Virus record (IMG/VR): IMGVR_UViG_3300040801_002079
Location: 252,802 to 316,801 of that record
Reading direction: 5' to 3' (one strand)
Length of the DNA stretch: 64,000 nucleotides
The translations under genes and the position numbers were made by a program. Below the pieces are notes generated by a model, which was not told where the DNA came from, did no database searches, and worked only from the letters and a program-made list of their open reading frames with translations. Below, piece by piece: positions 41,853 to 50,822 of the stretch; the stretch's first letter is position 1; each line of letters starts with the position of its first letter.

Positions 41853-42397
41853 TTCTGAGCGGGCTGGGGACCATACGGCGCATCATCTTCCGTTTGATAT
41901 GGTCCATACGGTCTGTGAGGCGTAGGTGGCGCATACGGCTTATGTGGAGTGTATGGATTATGTGGCTTGTGGGGGTTATATGGATTATGCGGCGTATTGG
42001 GCTGAATTCCCGGAGTAGGGAATGGATTGTCAGGATGGGTAACATCATACGGCAAACCTCTTTCCCATTTTCTTCCCGTTGCAACATATAGTCCAAAAAT
42101 GCCAGTAGACAATCCTATAATGGTTGTTACAAATGTAGATTGAGCCGCCGTGGGACCGCCAACAATATCAATCACTGAACATGCCATTACTTTGGCTTCT
42201 TCTAGACTGAGGCCCCGTTCCATGAGCACACCAAGCACTCCTGCATCACATTGTTCGTTGATATAGGTGGGAATCGACTTGTACCATAGATACAAATTGA
42301 AAACTAATGTTGCATACAGAATTAGTATAACTCTTGGTATTATTCTCCAAGCATCTACGCTTTCTGCGATGACTAGCGAGATACGTCTAAAATCCAT
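41789..42397 (-). CDS. Two-TM membrane protein with Pro/His/Tyr-rich tail (holin-like candidate)
   Basis: Probable start ATG 42397 just after minus-strand TATAAATA; DAWRIIPRVILILYATLVF and FVTTIIGLSTGIFGLYV hydrophobic segments. Confidence 0.6.
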   Translation of the reverse strand: MDFRRISLVIAESVDAWRIIPRVILILYATLVFNLYLWYKSIPTYINEQCDAGVLGVLMERGLSLEEAKVMACSVIDIVGGPTAAQSTFVTTIIGLSTGIFGLYVATGRKWERGLPYDVTHPDNPFPTPGIQPNTPHNPYNPHKPHNPYTPHKPYAPPTPHRPYGPYQTEDDAPYGPQPAQNQSEGFWGDAAPDNDPDDDNR

Positions 42398-42399
42398 AG

Positions 42400-42413
42400 T
42401 ATAAATATTTATA
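42400..42413. promoter_or_regulatory. Palindromic bidirectional late promoter
   Basis: TATAAATATTTATA reads TATAAATA on both strands between divergent genes. Confidence 0.75.
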
Positions 42414-42429
42414 TAAAAAGGCAATTATT

Positions 42430-43146
42430 ATGGCACGACCAAGAAAAAGCTTACCCTTTGAAAAAGCAAGGGAAATTGTGAGAGCGGAAAGAATTGAGTC
42501 CGTGGCACAATATAAAAAATGGCATGACCTTAATAAACCTGCGGGATTACCCCGAAGGCCAGATCGTGCATACCATAGAGATTTTATTTCATGGAATGAT
42601 TTTCTTGGAAATGATAACCCCTTTCCTATTGTCAGAAGGACGTTCAGACCCTTTAATGAGGCACGAGCTTTCGCCCAGTCGTTAAATATATCTACACGTA
42701 AGCAATGGTTTGATATGTGCGATTCTGGGGAAAAGCCAGATGATATACCCCGAAGACCGGATTTATATTATAGAAACACACACGAATGGATTTCATGGGG
42801 CAACTTTTTGGGTGTTACAATAACATCCAGAGCGGAAACCGTAGTTAAAACTAACACAATATTCTTTATAATTTATAACCCTAAAGCGGAAAAGGATTAC
42901 TTTAGATGCGGAATAACAAATGGCGGTGCAAGTTCACTCAATGATTACCTTAGAAAAATTAATGGGCGCACAGTTTGTGCGTACTTTGTTCCAGATACGT
43001 TTAAACCAGATTCGTTCTTAGGTGATTTTAATATAGAAGAGCATTATGAATATAAGGGATACTACAGAATACCAAGCAATGAATTGACACAAGTTATGGC
43101 AAAATTATCAATTAAGTATCATAGGGTTGGTTCTCGAACAGCTTAA
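42430..43146 (+). CDS. Integrase-repeat-type DNA-binding protein with possible GIY-YIG-like C-terminus
   Basis: Two PF.EAR...PRRPD..Y...ISW..FLG repeats; FFIIY...YFRCGIT. Confidence 0.6.
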   Translation: MARPRKSLPFEKAREIVRAERIESVAQYKKWHDLNKPAGLPRRPDRAYHRDFISWNDFLGNDNPFPIVRRTFRPFNEARAFAQSLNISTRKQWFDMCDSGEKPDDIPRRPDLYYRNTHEWISWGNFLGVTITSRAETVVKTNTIFFIIYNPKAEKDYFRCGITNGGASSLNDYLRKINGRTVCAYFVPDTFKPDSFLGDFNIEEHYEYKGYYRIPSNELTQVMAKLSIKYHRVGSRTA

Positions 43147-43540
43147 AGCATTCTTTAACGATGGGAACATGTAATGTTCTACCACTTTCTAAGTATTCTT
43201 CCAATGTCATCCATTTAGTCTCTCCAGTTTCAAAGCACGGATCATCATAATCGGAATCGCTCATTGTTGACACTTCTGCGATGTAAATGTGATGGGTGGA
43301 CAGAAACTTACCGCATTTCTTAACCCACTTAATATTCTGCTCCTTTAAACCCAGTTCCTCATTTGCCTCACGCACCGCAGCCTGAAAAGGGTTTTCACCG
43401 GGATCAACTCTACCTTTTGCAATCTGAAAAACTTTACCCCCATATTTCTCATCTGATGGCATCATAAACATCATATGAACCTGATCATCATCAGACCTGA
43501 AAAATGGTATAAGTCCTGCTCTTTCCTGTTTTTTACTCAT
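43112..43540 (-). CDS. NUDIX hydrolase
   Basis: Nudix box KGRVDPGENPFQAAVREANEELGL. Confidence 0.92.
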   Translation of the reverse strand: MSKKQERAGLIPFFRSDDDQVHMMFMMPSDEKYGGKVFQIAKGRVDPGENPFQAAVREANEELGLKEQNIKWVKKCGKFLSTHHIYIAEVSTMSDSDYDDPCFETGETKWMTLEEYLESGRTLHVPIVKECFKLFENQPYDT

Positions 43541-43562
43541 AGTGACACATCATTTTTTTGAA

Positions 43563-43594
43563 TATAAATATATTACAAGATAACAATATTTATT
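43563..43594. promoter_or_regulatory. Late promoters (plus: 43611 gene and glycan operon; minus: NUDIX gene)
   Basis: TATAAATA on plus 43563-70; AATAAATA on minus 43587-94. Confidence 0.7.
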
Positions 43595-43610
43595 AAACAA
43601 GGAGTTTGTT

Positions 43611-43976
43611 ATGGAAACGAGATTTATTAAGAAGCTTGACTTAAATCGAAACGGAGTTGGCATTGAAGTCACGGTTGTTAACGCAATTGATGTGGGAACA
43701 GACGAGGATGGCAAAACACAGTATGAAATCTGGTTCATTAAAAATGATGAACTTGATCCAATCGACAAGCAGCGTTTGCTTGAAGTGTTGCAGAAGAGTG
43801 CTCGTGTTAATGATTTTCAGCCTCTCTACGAGACCTTAGCTGACGTAACGTTAGGAAACGGTCAAAATGCGTTGGATTATTTCCATCAGTATGTTAAGGT
43901 TCTATATCCTAGTGGTGTCATTCAGCGTCCGAAGCTGGGTAGAACTGCTATGACAAATAGACCTAACTTTGTATAA
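43611..43976 (+). CDS. Hypothetical phage protein
   Basis: AAGGAG RBS; LDPIDKQRL, LGNGQNALDYFHQYVKV. Confidence 0.7.
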   Translation: METRFIKKLDLNRNGVGIEVTVVNAIDVGTDEDGKTQYEIWFIKNDELDPIDKQRLLEVLQKSARVNDFQPLYETLADVTLGNGQNALDYFHQYVKVLYPSGVIQRPKLGRTAMTNRPNFV

Positions 43977-43980
43977 AAAT

Positions 43981-44006
43981 CCTAGCTAGGCTCACCCCTA
44001 GCTAGG
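43981..44006. repeat. Tandem 10-bp palindrome CCTAGCTAGG x2 (hairpin or operator)
   Basis: Copies at 43981-43990 and 43997-44006. Confidence 0.8.
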
Positions 44007-44034
44007 TAGTATTTCAAATAATAAGGAGAAAGAT

Positions 44035-45408
44035 ATGGAAAACACCATATTCGTGCAAATTGCAAGTTACAAAGACCCCGAACTAATACCCACCTTAAAT
44101 GATTTAATTGAAAACGCGAAATATCCTGAGAATATCCATGTAGGAATCTCATGGCAACATGATGATAATGAGTCCCTAGAAGATTTCATGGACGCAGGAT
44201 TTGATGTACTGGGCTTCAAAGAGGACTTTTCTGACATTGAAGATTATCAGAAGATTACAGCGTTTGTTAATATGTCCAAGGGTGGAACCAAGCTCTCTGT
44301 TTTAGATATTGATTATATGAATACTAACGGGGCTTGCTGGGCAAGACATAAAATTCAGCAAATGTATTCCGGTGAAAAGTATACTTTGCAGCTTGATTCA
44401 CATCATCGCTTTGTAGAAGGTTGGGATGAATTGGCTGTAAATATGCTTGAGAGTCTACGTTCTGATGAATGTCCCAAGCCTTTATTGACCGCATATATAC
44501 CATCTTTTGATCCTGAAAATGATCCAGCATCAAGAATTCATGTACCATGGAAAATGGATTTTGATAGATTCATTCCAGAAGGTGCTGTATTTTTCAGACC
44601 ATCATCCATAGATGATTGGGAAGAAAGAGATCGGCCCATGCCTGCACGTTTTTTCTCCGCGCACTTTACATTTGCTGACGGGAAGTTTGCTGAAGAGGTC
44701 CAGCATGATCCCAATTATTTTTTCCATGGAGAGGAAATATCATTAGCTGTAAGGGCGTTTACGCATGGGTACGATCTCTTTCATCCTCATCGTGTTATTG
44801 CATGGCATGAGTACACCCGAAAGGGACGAACCAAAGTATGGGATGATCACACTACCCCTGAAAAAAATAAGGGTAAAGTCGAGCTTGACTGGGTTGAGAG
44901 AAACAATCTATGCCATAAGCGAAACCGAATATTGTTTGGAATGGATGGAGAAGACCCGAATCAAATTGATTTTGGAAAGTATGGTTTCGGCAATGTTAGA
45001 ACTTTACGAGAGTATGAAGAATATGCTGGTATCAGTTTTGAACACAGAGGAGTCCAGCAGGAAACTCTTGATAAAATGGAACCACCGAACAATCTTCCGT
45101 ATGAAACAGAAGAAGAATGGAAAGACACATTCTGTCGATCAAATGACGTAAGAATTTTATTCCACCGAGATGAATTGGGTGAGATAAAGGATGATTACGA
45201 TTTCTTCTATGTCGGCGCACACGATGAAGACTATGACGAAATTTATCGGGAAGATTTAACTGAGGCCAAAATCAAGCAATACCTGCAAAACGAATGGTTT
45301 GATTTTAGACTAATATTTTTAGCAAATCGTATACCTAAAACTTTCACTGTTTGGCCTCACAGCAAATCTGATGGATGGGGTGAACGTATTGTAAAAGATG
45401 TGGAGTAA
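44035..45408 (+). CDS. GT60-type polypeptide N-acetylglucosaminyltransferase (Skp1-Hyp GlcNAc transferase family)
   Basis: TIFVQIASYKD, GACWAR, LQLDSHHRF..WD, LLTAY, FFHGEEI, RAFTHGYDLFHP, WHEY, GNVRTLREYEEYAGI. Confidence 0.85.
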   Translation: MENTIFVQIASYKDPELIPTLNDLIENAKYPENIHVGISWQHDDNESLEDFMDAGFDVLGFKEDFSDIEDYQKITAFVNMSKGGTKLSVLDIDYMNTNGACWARHKIQQMYSGEKYTLQLDSHHRFVEGWDELAVNMLESLRSDECPKPLLTAYIPSFDPENDPASRIHVPWKMDFDRFIPEGAVFFRPSSIDDWEERDRPMPARFFSAHFTFADGKFAEEVQHDPNYFFHGEEISLAVRAFTHGYDLFHPHRVIAWHEYTRKGRTKVWDDHTTPEKNKGKVELDWVERNNLCHKRNRILFGMDGEDPNQIDFGKYGFGNVRTLREYEEYAGISFEHRGVQQETLDKMEPPNNLPYETEEEWKDTFCRSNDVRILFHRDELGEIKDDYDFFYVGAHDEDYDEIYREDLTEAKIKQYLQNEWFDFRLIFLANRIPKTFTVWPHSKSDGWGERIVKDVE

Positions 45409-45411
45409 ATT

Positions 45412-47724
45412 ATGTCTGACGGTATTATTTTATCAGCATATGGCTCCCATAATGCTACAATCTCCATGTACCACAACGGTGAATACCACGTTGTAGAATT
45501 AGAGCGGTGGTTAAATAAGAAGAACTCCGGGTTAGCAGGGTATCTTCCAGCAAAGTATCCACAAAAGGTATTTGATGATGTTATGGAATACCTGTTCGAA
45601 AGAGCAGGTACCCGTAAAGTCGATCTTTTCCTATCCAATTATTTCACTAAGATTGATTTCACTGGATACGATATAAAGGAATTCAGAAGATTTGATCATC
45701 ACCAGTCTCACGCCGCTGGAGCATATTATCAGTCTGATTTTGAAAAGTCTTTAATTTTCACCTATGATGGTGGAGGAAACGGATCATTCTTTAACGTATA
45801 TATTTCTGAAAGTAGAGATACCGGCCCAAAATTGATTGATAGGTTCGATCTTGATCTGGGCTTCCCTTACATGGTTCTAGCCGACCACTTATCTGATATC
45901 AGAAAAGAACCTCTAAACATTGGAAATTTGGTTTATGCTGGAAAGTTAATGGGGCTTTGTGCTTATGGTACCGTTCGAGATGAATGGATGCCCCACTTCA
46001 TGAATTTCTATAAAAGGTTCCGGTATGGCGGAGATGCATTTAAGGGCGGTGCTGAAGTGCGAATTTCAGCAACAAACGAACTGTTCAGTGCAATAGGTGT
46101 TAATGATGTTGATTTCGAACTGGAAACCACGCGGTTTGACGGCGAATTTTCATGGGATATTGCGGCAACGTCACAGGCAGCGTTCGAGGAAGTATTCCTT
46201 GAATTAGCAATGCCTTACATTAACAAGTATAGCCCGGAAGAATATCCCATATGCCTTTCAGGTGGATGCGCTCTTAATGTTCTACTCAATGCCCGATTAT
46301 TAAAGATGGTGGGTAAAAACAATATTTTTGTGCCACCAAATACAAATGATTGCGGCATAGCCGTTGGTGGATTGCTAGATTACATAAAGCCGCGTGAAGT
46401 TGTGGATTTGACGTATTCTGGATTGCCCATAATGGACGAAAGAGAGTACACTGCACTAATAGAAGATAATCCTGTAAAGGCTATAGATGAAATCACCTTA
46501 GATGACTTATCAACCCTACTAGCTGAGAATTATATTGTAGGAGTGGTCAGGGGAAATTCTGAGCATGGTCCTAGAGCGCTGGGTAATCGTAGTATATTGT
46601 GTAATCCAGTGGGTGACATGAAGGATGTCCTTAATAAGAAGGTGAAAGACCGTGAATGGTATCGCCCATTTGCCCCACTGGTAAGATATGAGGATGTATC
46701 CACATATTTTGATTTCGATTCAGAAAGTCGCCACATGACGTTTGTTGCAGATGTTAGGGATACTGAGAAGTTTCCTGCCATCACGCACGTTGACGGCACC
46801 GGACGGTTGCAGACAGTTACCCGCGAACAAAATGAGTTCATATATGATTTAATAACACAGTTTAAAGAAAAGGCTGGGCATGGTGTTATTCTCAATACAT
46901 CCTTTAATGTTAACGGTAAACCAATTCTTACCAGACTAAGTGATGCCTTTAAGATTTTAATGGATACCGAATTGGATTGTGTATATTATGATGGAAAAAT
47001 AATTTTCAAAAGTAATAGAGAAAATGAATTTAATAATCTTTTAAGGTATGAGCCGGTGTCCATGGATCACACAAACTTCACCGTGTATGTTGACGCTTTT
47101 ACAAACAGTGAAGATGAATTCAAAGCACTTCTGCCAAAGTTGGATGAGCTTCAGATGCGCTATAAAAAATTAATGATAGTTCTTAATGAACGTCATATGC
47201 ATTTATTTACAGTTAAATCAGATGCCACTATAATACCCAGAGGGCAGAGGCAAATGTTTTATAGGGACATGATTGGTGGCGCAGGCTTTCCAAATAAAGA
47301 AGTTGATTTCATTAAGCCTCTGTGGTTTAAGGACATAATTGAAAACAACGCTTTGCAGTCAGATTATCACATTGTTGTCGATTTAACCTTTGAAAAATCC
47401 TTTGAAAATTTCAAAGAGTTTATGACTAAATATATGGGCGAAGCAGATGTCGCAAATAGTATCATTACTGACACTGAAGACTTTTCAACAATAACAGTGA
47501 AAGAGTTCTTATCTAAGCGCAGTAATTACGTAGAAACCAATGATAGATATCCTAGATTCGGGTTATATGCCGGATATTCAGAACTAATGTCTTGGTTTTT
47601 AAGAACATACGAAGGAAACCTACGCTACCATATGCTAAATGGGCGAGGAGAATCCAGTAGAGACTATTTAGCGATTCAATATTTAGAAAACGAAGGTAAA
47701 TTTTTAATTTTGGAACAACAATGA
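45412..47724 (+). CDS. NodU/CmcH-family O-carbamoyltransferase with an extra C-terminal domain
   Basis: ELER, HHQSHA, DGGG, GKLMGLCAYG, SGGCALNV, EHGPRALGNRSIL, KDREWYRPFAP, HVDGTGRLQTV, LNTSFN. Confidence 0.93.
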   Translation: MSDGIILSAYGSHNATISMYHNGEYHVVELERWLNKKNSGLAGYLPAKYPQKVFDDVMEYLFERAGTRKVDLFLSNYFTKIDFTGYDIKEFRRFDHHQSHAAGAYYQSDFEKSLIFTYDGGGNGSFFNVYISESRDTGPKLIDRFDLDLGFPYMVLADHLSDIRKEPLNIGNLVYAGKLMGLCAYGTVRDEWMPHFMNFYKRFRYGGDAFKGGAEVRISATNELFSAIGVNDVDFELETTRFDGEFSWDIAATSQAAFEEVFLELAMPYINKYSPEEYPICLSGGCALNVLLNARLLKMVGKNNIFVPPNTNDCGIAVGGLLDYIKPREVVDLTYSGLPIMDEREYTALIEDNPVKAIDEITLDDLSTLLAENYIVGVVRGNSEHGPRALGNRSILCNPVGDMKDVLNKKVKDREWYRPFAPLVRYEDVSTYFDFDSESRHMTFVADVRDTEKFPAITHVDGTGRLQTVTREQNEFIYDLITQFKEKAGHGVILNTSFNVNGKPILTRLSDAFKILMDTELDCVYYDGKIIFKSNRENEFNNLLRYEPVSMDHTNFTVYVDAFTNSEDEFKALLPKLDELQMRYKKLMIVLNERHMHLFTVKSDATIIPRGQRQMFYRDMIGGAGFPNKEVDFIKPLWFKDIIENNALQSDYHIVVDLTFEKSFENFKEFMTKYMGEADVANSIITDTEDFSTITVKEFLSKRSNYVETNDRYPRFGLYAGYSELMSWFLRTYEGNLRYHMLNGRGESSRDYLAIQYLENEGKFLILEQQ

Positions 47725-48614
47725 GTGCACATTTTGTAACTTGCATATATAATGGATTAAATCAAAGTGAACTGTGTGGCAGGCTAAATCGTGAACGCCC
47801 GTATAAGTATTCACTTTCAACCATAGCAAAAACCAATAATAAGATTATATGTTATACTTCCCCGGATGAACTGAGTGGAATGCGATCAGATTTTCCAAGG
47901 GAGCGGTTTCCTAATATCGAATTACTCCCATGGAGCCTATATGCAATGACATTCCATAAGCGGGTAAATTCTGTACGCAACAAGGACGCACATATATACA
48001 GGGAGTCCCCAGACTGGAGAGATCGCTGTGTTGAAATTATGTGGGGCAAATTCTTATTCATAAAAGATTCAATTGTAAACAATCAAGAATCTGAATATGT
48101 ATACTGGATTGATGCGGGCATTTCACATCCGGGAATAATTCATAGCAGGTTTAACCCACACTATGATCATAATATTGGGTTTGTTCGGGATTTGGATAAA
48201 TCAACCTACCCCACCACATTTAAAAACGACTTGATATTTGACGAACAGTTTATGGATAGCCTGATTAACTATACGGGTCCCGATAAGATATTGAACGTTG
48301 CTGCAAAGGGGCCACAGCATCCCAGATTAAGCTACGATAATAAATTCATTGGTTCAGTTATAGGTGGAATCTTTGGTGGTCACAGGGATTTAATGGAAAA
48401 ATATTGCAATGAGGTTACAGCGCAGTTTGAAGAATATCTTTATAATAAGGAACAACTGTGCAAAGAAGAGCAGATTATGACCGAGATACTTTCAGAAGGA
48501 ACTCTACCAATTAAGACATTCATATTTGATACATGGTACCATCCTGACTGGGAAGATCGATATAATGAGTCTCAGGTTAGTTTTTGCGACTTCTTTGATG
48601 AGATTAGAAAATGA
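47721..48614 (+). CDS. HtrL/WlaTC-like putative glycosyltransferase
   Basis: HFVTCIY, IMWGKFLF, YWIDAGI, GGIFGG, KEEQIMT. Confidence 0.7.
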   Translation: MSAHFVTCIYNGLNQSELCGRLNRERPYKYSLSTIAKTNNKIICYTSPDELSGMRSDFPRERFPNIELLPWSLYAMTFHKRVNSVRNKDAHIYRESPDWRDRCVEIMWGKFLFIKDSIVNNQESEYVYWIDAGISHPGIIHSRFNPHYDHNIGFVRDLDKSTYPTTFKNDLIFDEQFMDSLINYTGPDKILNVAAKGPQHPRLSYDNKFIGSVIGGIFGGHRDLMEKYCNEVTAQFEEYLYNKEQLCKEEQIMTEILSEGTLPIKTFIFDTWYHPDWEDRYNESQVSFCDFFDEIRK

Positions 48615-50266
48615 AAAATCAACTAACATTAGTTACAGCATTATTTGACTTGGGCAGAGAGCATCTACCCGAGGGGTTCAGTAGGGGGTTTGATCATTAT
48701 CTGGAATGTTTTGAAAAGCTCTTACAGGTCGATTACCCGATGGTTATATTTGTTGATAAGGAATTAAATGATTGGGTAAATGAACGTAGACAGGGTAAAC
48801 AAACACATATTGTAAATAAATCAAGAGAAGATTTAGAGTCATTTCCTTTTTACACTGAAGTTCAAGAAATAAGAACAAGCCAAGACTGGATCAACAGGGC
48901 TGGGTGGATTCCAGATAGCCCGCAAGCTAAGCTCCCATTATATAATCCCGTTGTAATGAGTAAGCAGTTCTTTATGAATGATGCAACACTTATGAATATT
49001 TTTAATACGAAATATTTCATGTGGATCGATGCTGGCATATCGAATACCATAGGTGATCCAAAGGGATACATTGATGAAGAATTTGGTGATAAGATATCCA
49101 AAGTATTCAGTAACAACAAGATGCATTATCTTTGCTTCCCCTATGAGCCTGCTGCTGAAGTTCATGGATTTGAAAAAGACGCAATGTTTCGCTATGCGGG
49201 ACAGGAAACAAAACATGTAGCAAGAGGCGGTATATTCGGTGGCAGCATAGATGCTATTAACATAATAAACGAATCATATTATGCTGAGTTGTCAGAGACT
49301 ATACGATCAGGGTATATGGGAACAGAGGAGAGTATATTCACGATTCTCACATACAAGCACAAGCATCTATGCACTTGTCATATGATTGAGTCTGATGGAC
49401 TCGTGTATAGATTTTTGGAAAAGATAAAGAACATGAAAAAGGATTCATATAACTCATTATTGGCAGTATATGTATTAACCTTTAATTTACCTAAACAATT
49501 TGCATTATGGGCTGAAAAATTTGAGAAGAACTTAGAAAATAATCTTAGGGATGAAACAGTACGCTATGTAATAAACAACTCCACTGACCCTAGCGTGGAA
49601 GCCGAATACAGCGAACTGTTTAAAAAGTATGGGTTTGAAGAACTTAAGTTTGATAATATTGGGATATGTGGAGCTAGACAGGTAGCAGCAGAACATTTCG
49701 AAGAAAATAATCACAAGTATATGATTTTCTTTGAAGATGATATGTTACTATGTGGATCAGAGGATGAAGGAAAATATTGTAAAAATGGATTCAGAAAATA
49801 TTTTCCAGATATTATTAGCAAATCTATGTCGATAATGGAAAGTGAATCATTGGACTATTTCAAGCTTTGCTTCTCAGAATTTTACGGTGATAACCATGAT
49901 AACTGGGCATGGTACAATGTCCCACAGGAAAAAAAGGACAAGTGGTTTTTAACAAATAAAAACTCAAGTGACCCAAAGAAGGTTAGAATTCATTACACCA
50001 GTGCATTTAGAGGGGTACCATATGCTGTGGGCGAGTACCACTATTGCAATTGGCCCCTGCTATTTAACAGAGAAGGCAACAGAAAGATATTTCTGGATAC
50101 CAAGTTTGAACATAAGTTTGAACAAACATGGATGAGTTTTGTAATGGAACTTATTGTGGATAAAAAAATTAAACCCGGATGTTTGTTGGGCAGTGCCATA
50201 ACACATCATAGGGAGTTTCACTATAGTAAAGAAATTAGGCGAGAAAATGAACACTACACCAATTAA
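48611..50266 (+). CDS. Two-domain glycosyltransferase: HtrL/WlaTC-like plus GT2(GT-A)-like
   Basis: LVTALFDLGR, SKQFF, MWIDAGI, GGIFGG, GTEESIF; then VINNSTD, NIGICGARQ, FFEDD. Confidence 0.75.
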   Translation: MKNQLTLVTALFDLGREHLPEGFSRGFDHYLECFEKLLQVDYPMVIFVDKELNDWVNERRQGKQTHIVNKSREDLESFPFYTEVQEIRTSQDWINRAGWIPDSPQAKLPLYNPVVMSKQFFMNDATLMNIFNTKYFMWIDAGISNTIGDPKGYIDEEFGDKISKVFSNNKMHYLCFPYEPAAEVHGFEKDAMFRYAGQETKHVARGGIFGGSIDAINIINESYYAELSETIRSGYMGTEESIFTILTYKHKHLCTCHMIESDGLVYRFLEKIKNMKKDSYNSLLAVYVLTFNLPKQFALWAEKFEKNLENNLRDETVRYVINNSTDPSVEAEYSELFKKYGFEELKFDNIGICGARQVAAEHFEENNHKYMIFFEDDMLLCGSEDEGKYCKNGFRKYFPDIISKSMSIMESESLDYFKLCFSEFYGDNHDNWAWYNVPQEKKDKWFLTNKNSSDPKKVRIHYTSAFRGVPYAVGEYHYCNWPLLFNREGNRKIFLDTKFEHKFEQTWMSFVMELIVDKKIKPGCLLGSAITHHREFHYSKEIRRENEHYTN

Positions 50267-50822
50267 AAAGTATTTTATTATCAGTCTTCCCCGGACGGGA
50301 ACAAAAAGCTTATGTAACATGGCTCACACGCTTGGGTTTAAATTTAAGCATGTTCCATCAGTTACGCTGCCTCGCCTACTCAATGAAAACGAAATACAGG
50401 TATTTGCTGATACGCCAATATTTACCCCCTCAACATTCACCGAACTTTGCAATAATGAAAATCATTATTTTATCTACATAAAGCGAGACATGGAAAGCTG
50501 GGTTGATTCTCTGGAGCGGGTTAATTTACATAATAACTATATGGCTCTCCATACAGGAAAAGTGCCAGAGAATTGTATGAACAAAATGGACCGGGAATGT
50601 CTAGAAGAGCTATTTAATAATCAAGATTATTCCACTGAGCTAGCTAAAGAGCGGTACAGATGGCACTATAATAAAGTGACTCACATTATTCCAGAGGACA
50701 GGCTTCTTGTGTATAGCTTCGATATGGGATGGGAACCTCTAGCTGCGTTCATGGAAAAAGAGCCTCCCGTGGCAGATGTGCCACAAATCAACAAAAACAC
50801 AATGTTTGATCCTATTGTTTAG
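50247..50822 (+). CDS. PAPS-dependent sulfotransferase-like protein
   Basis: 5'-PSB loop SLPRTGTKSL, 3'-PB R....WVDS, IPEDRLL, GWEPLAAFM, PQIN. Confidence 0.8.
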   Translation: MNTTPIKKYFIISLPRTGTKSLCNMAHTLGFKFKHVPSVTLPRLLNENEIQVFADTPIFTPSTFTELCNNENHYFIYIKRDMESWVDSLERVNLHNNYMALHTGKVPENCMNKMDRECLEELFNNQDYSTELAKERYRWHYNKVTHIIPEDRLLVYSFDMGWEPLAAFMEKEPPVADVPQINKNTMFDPIV

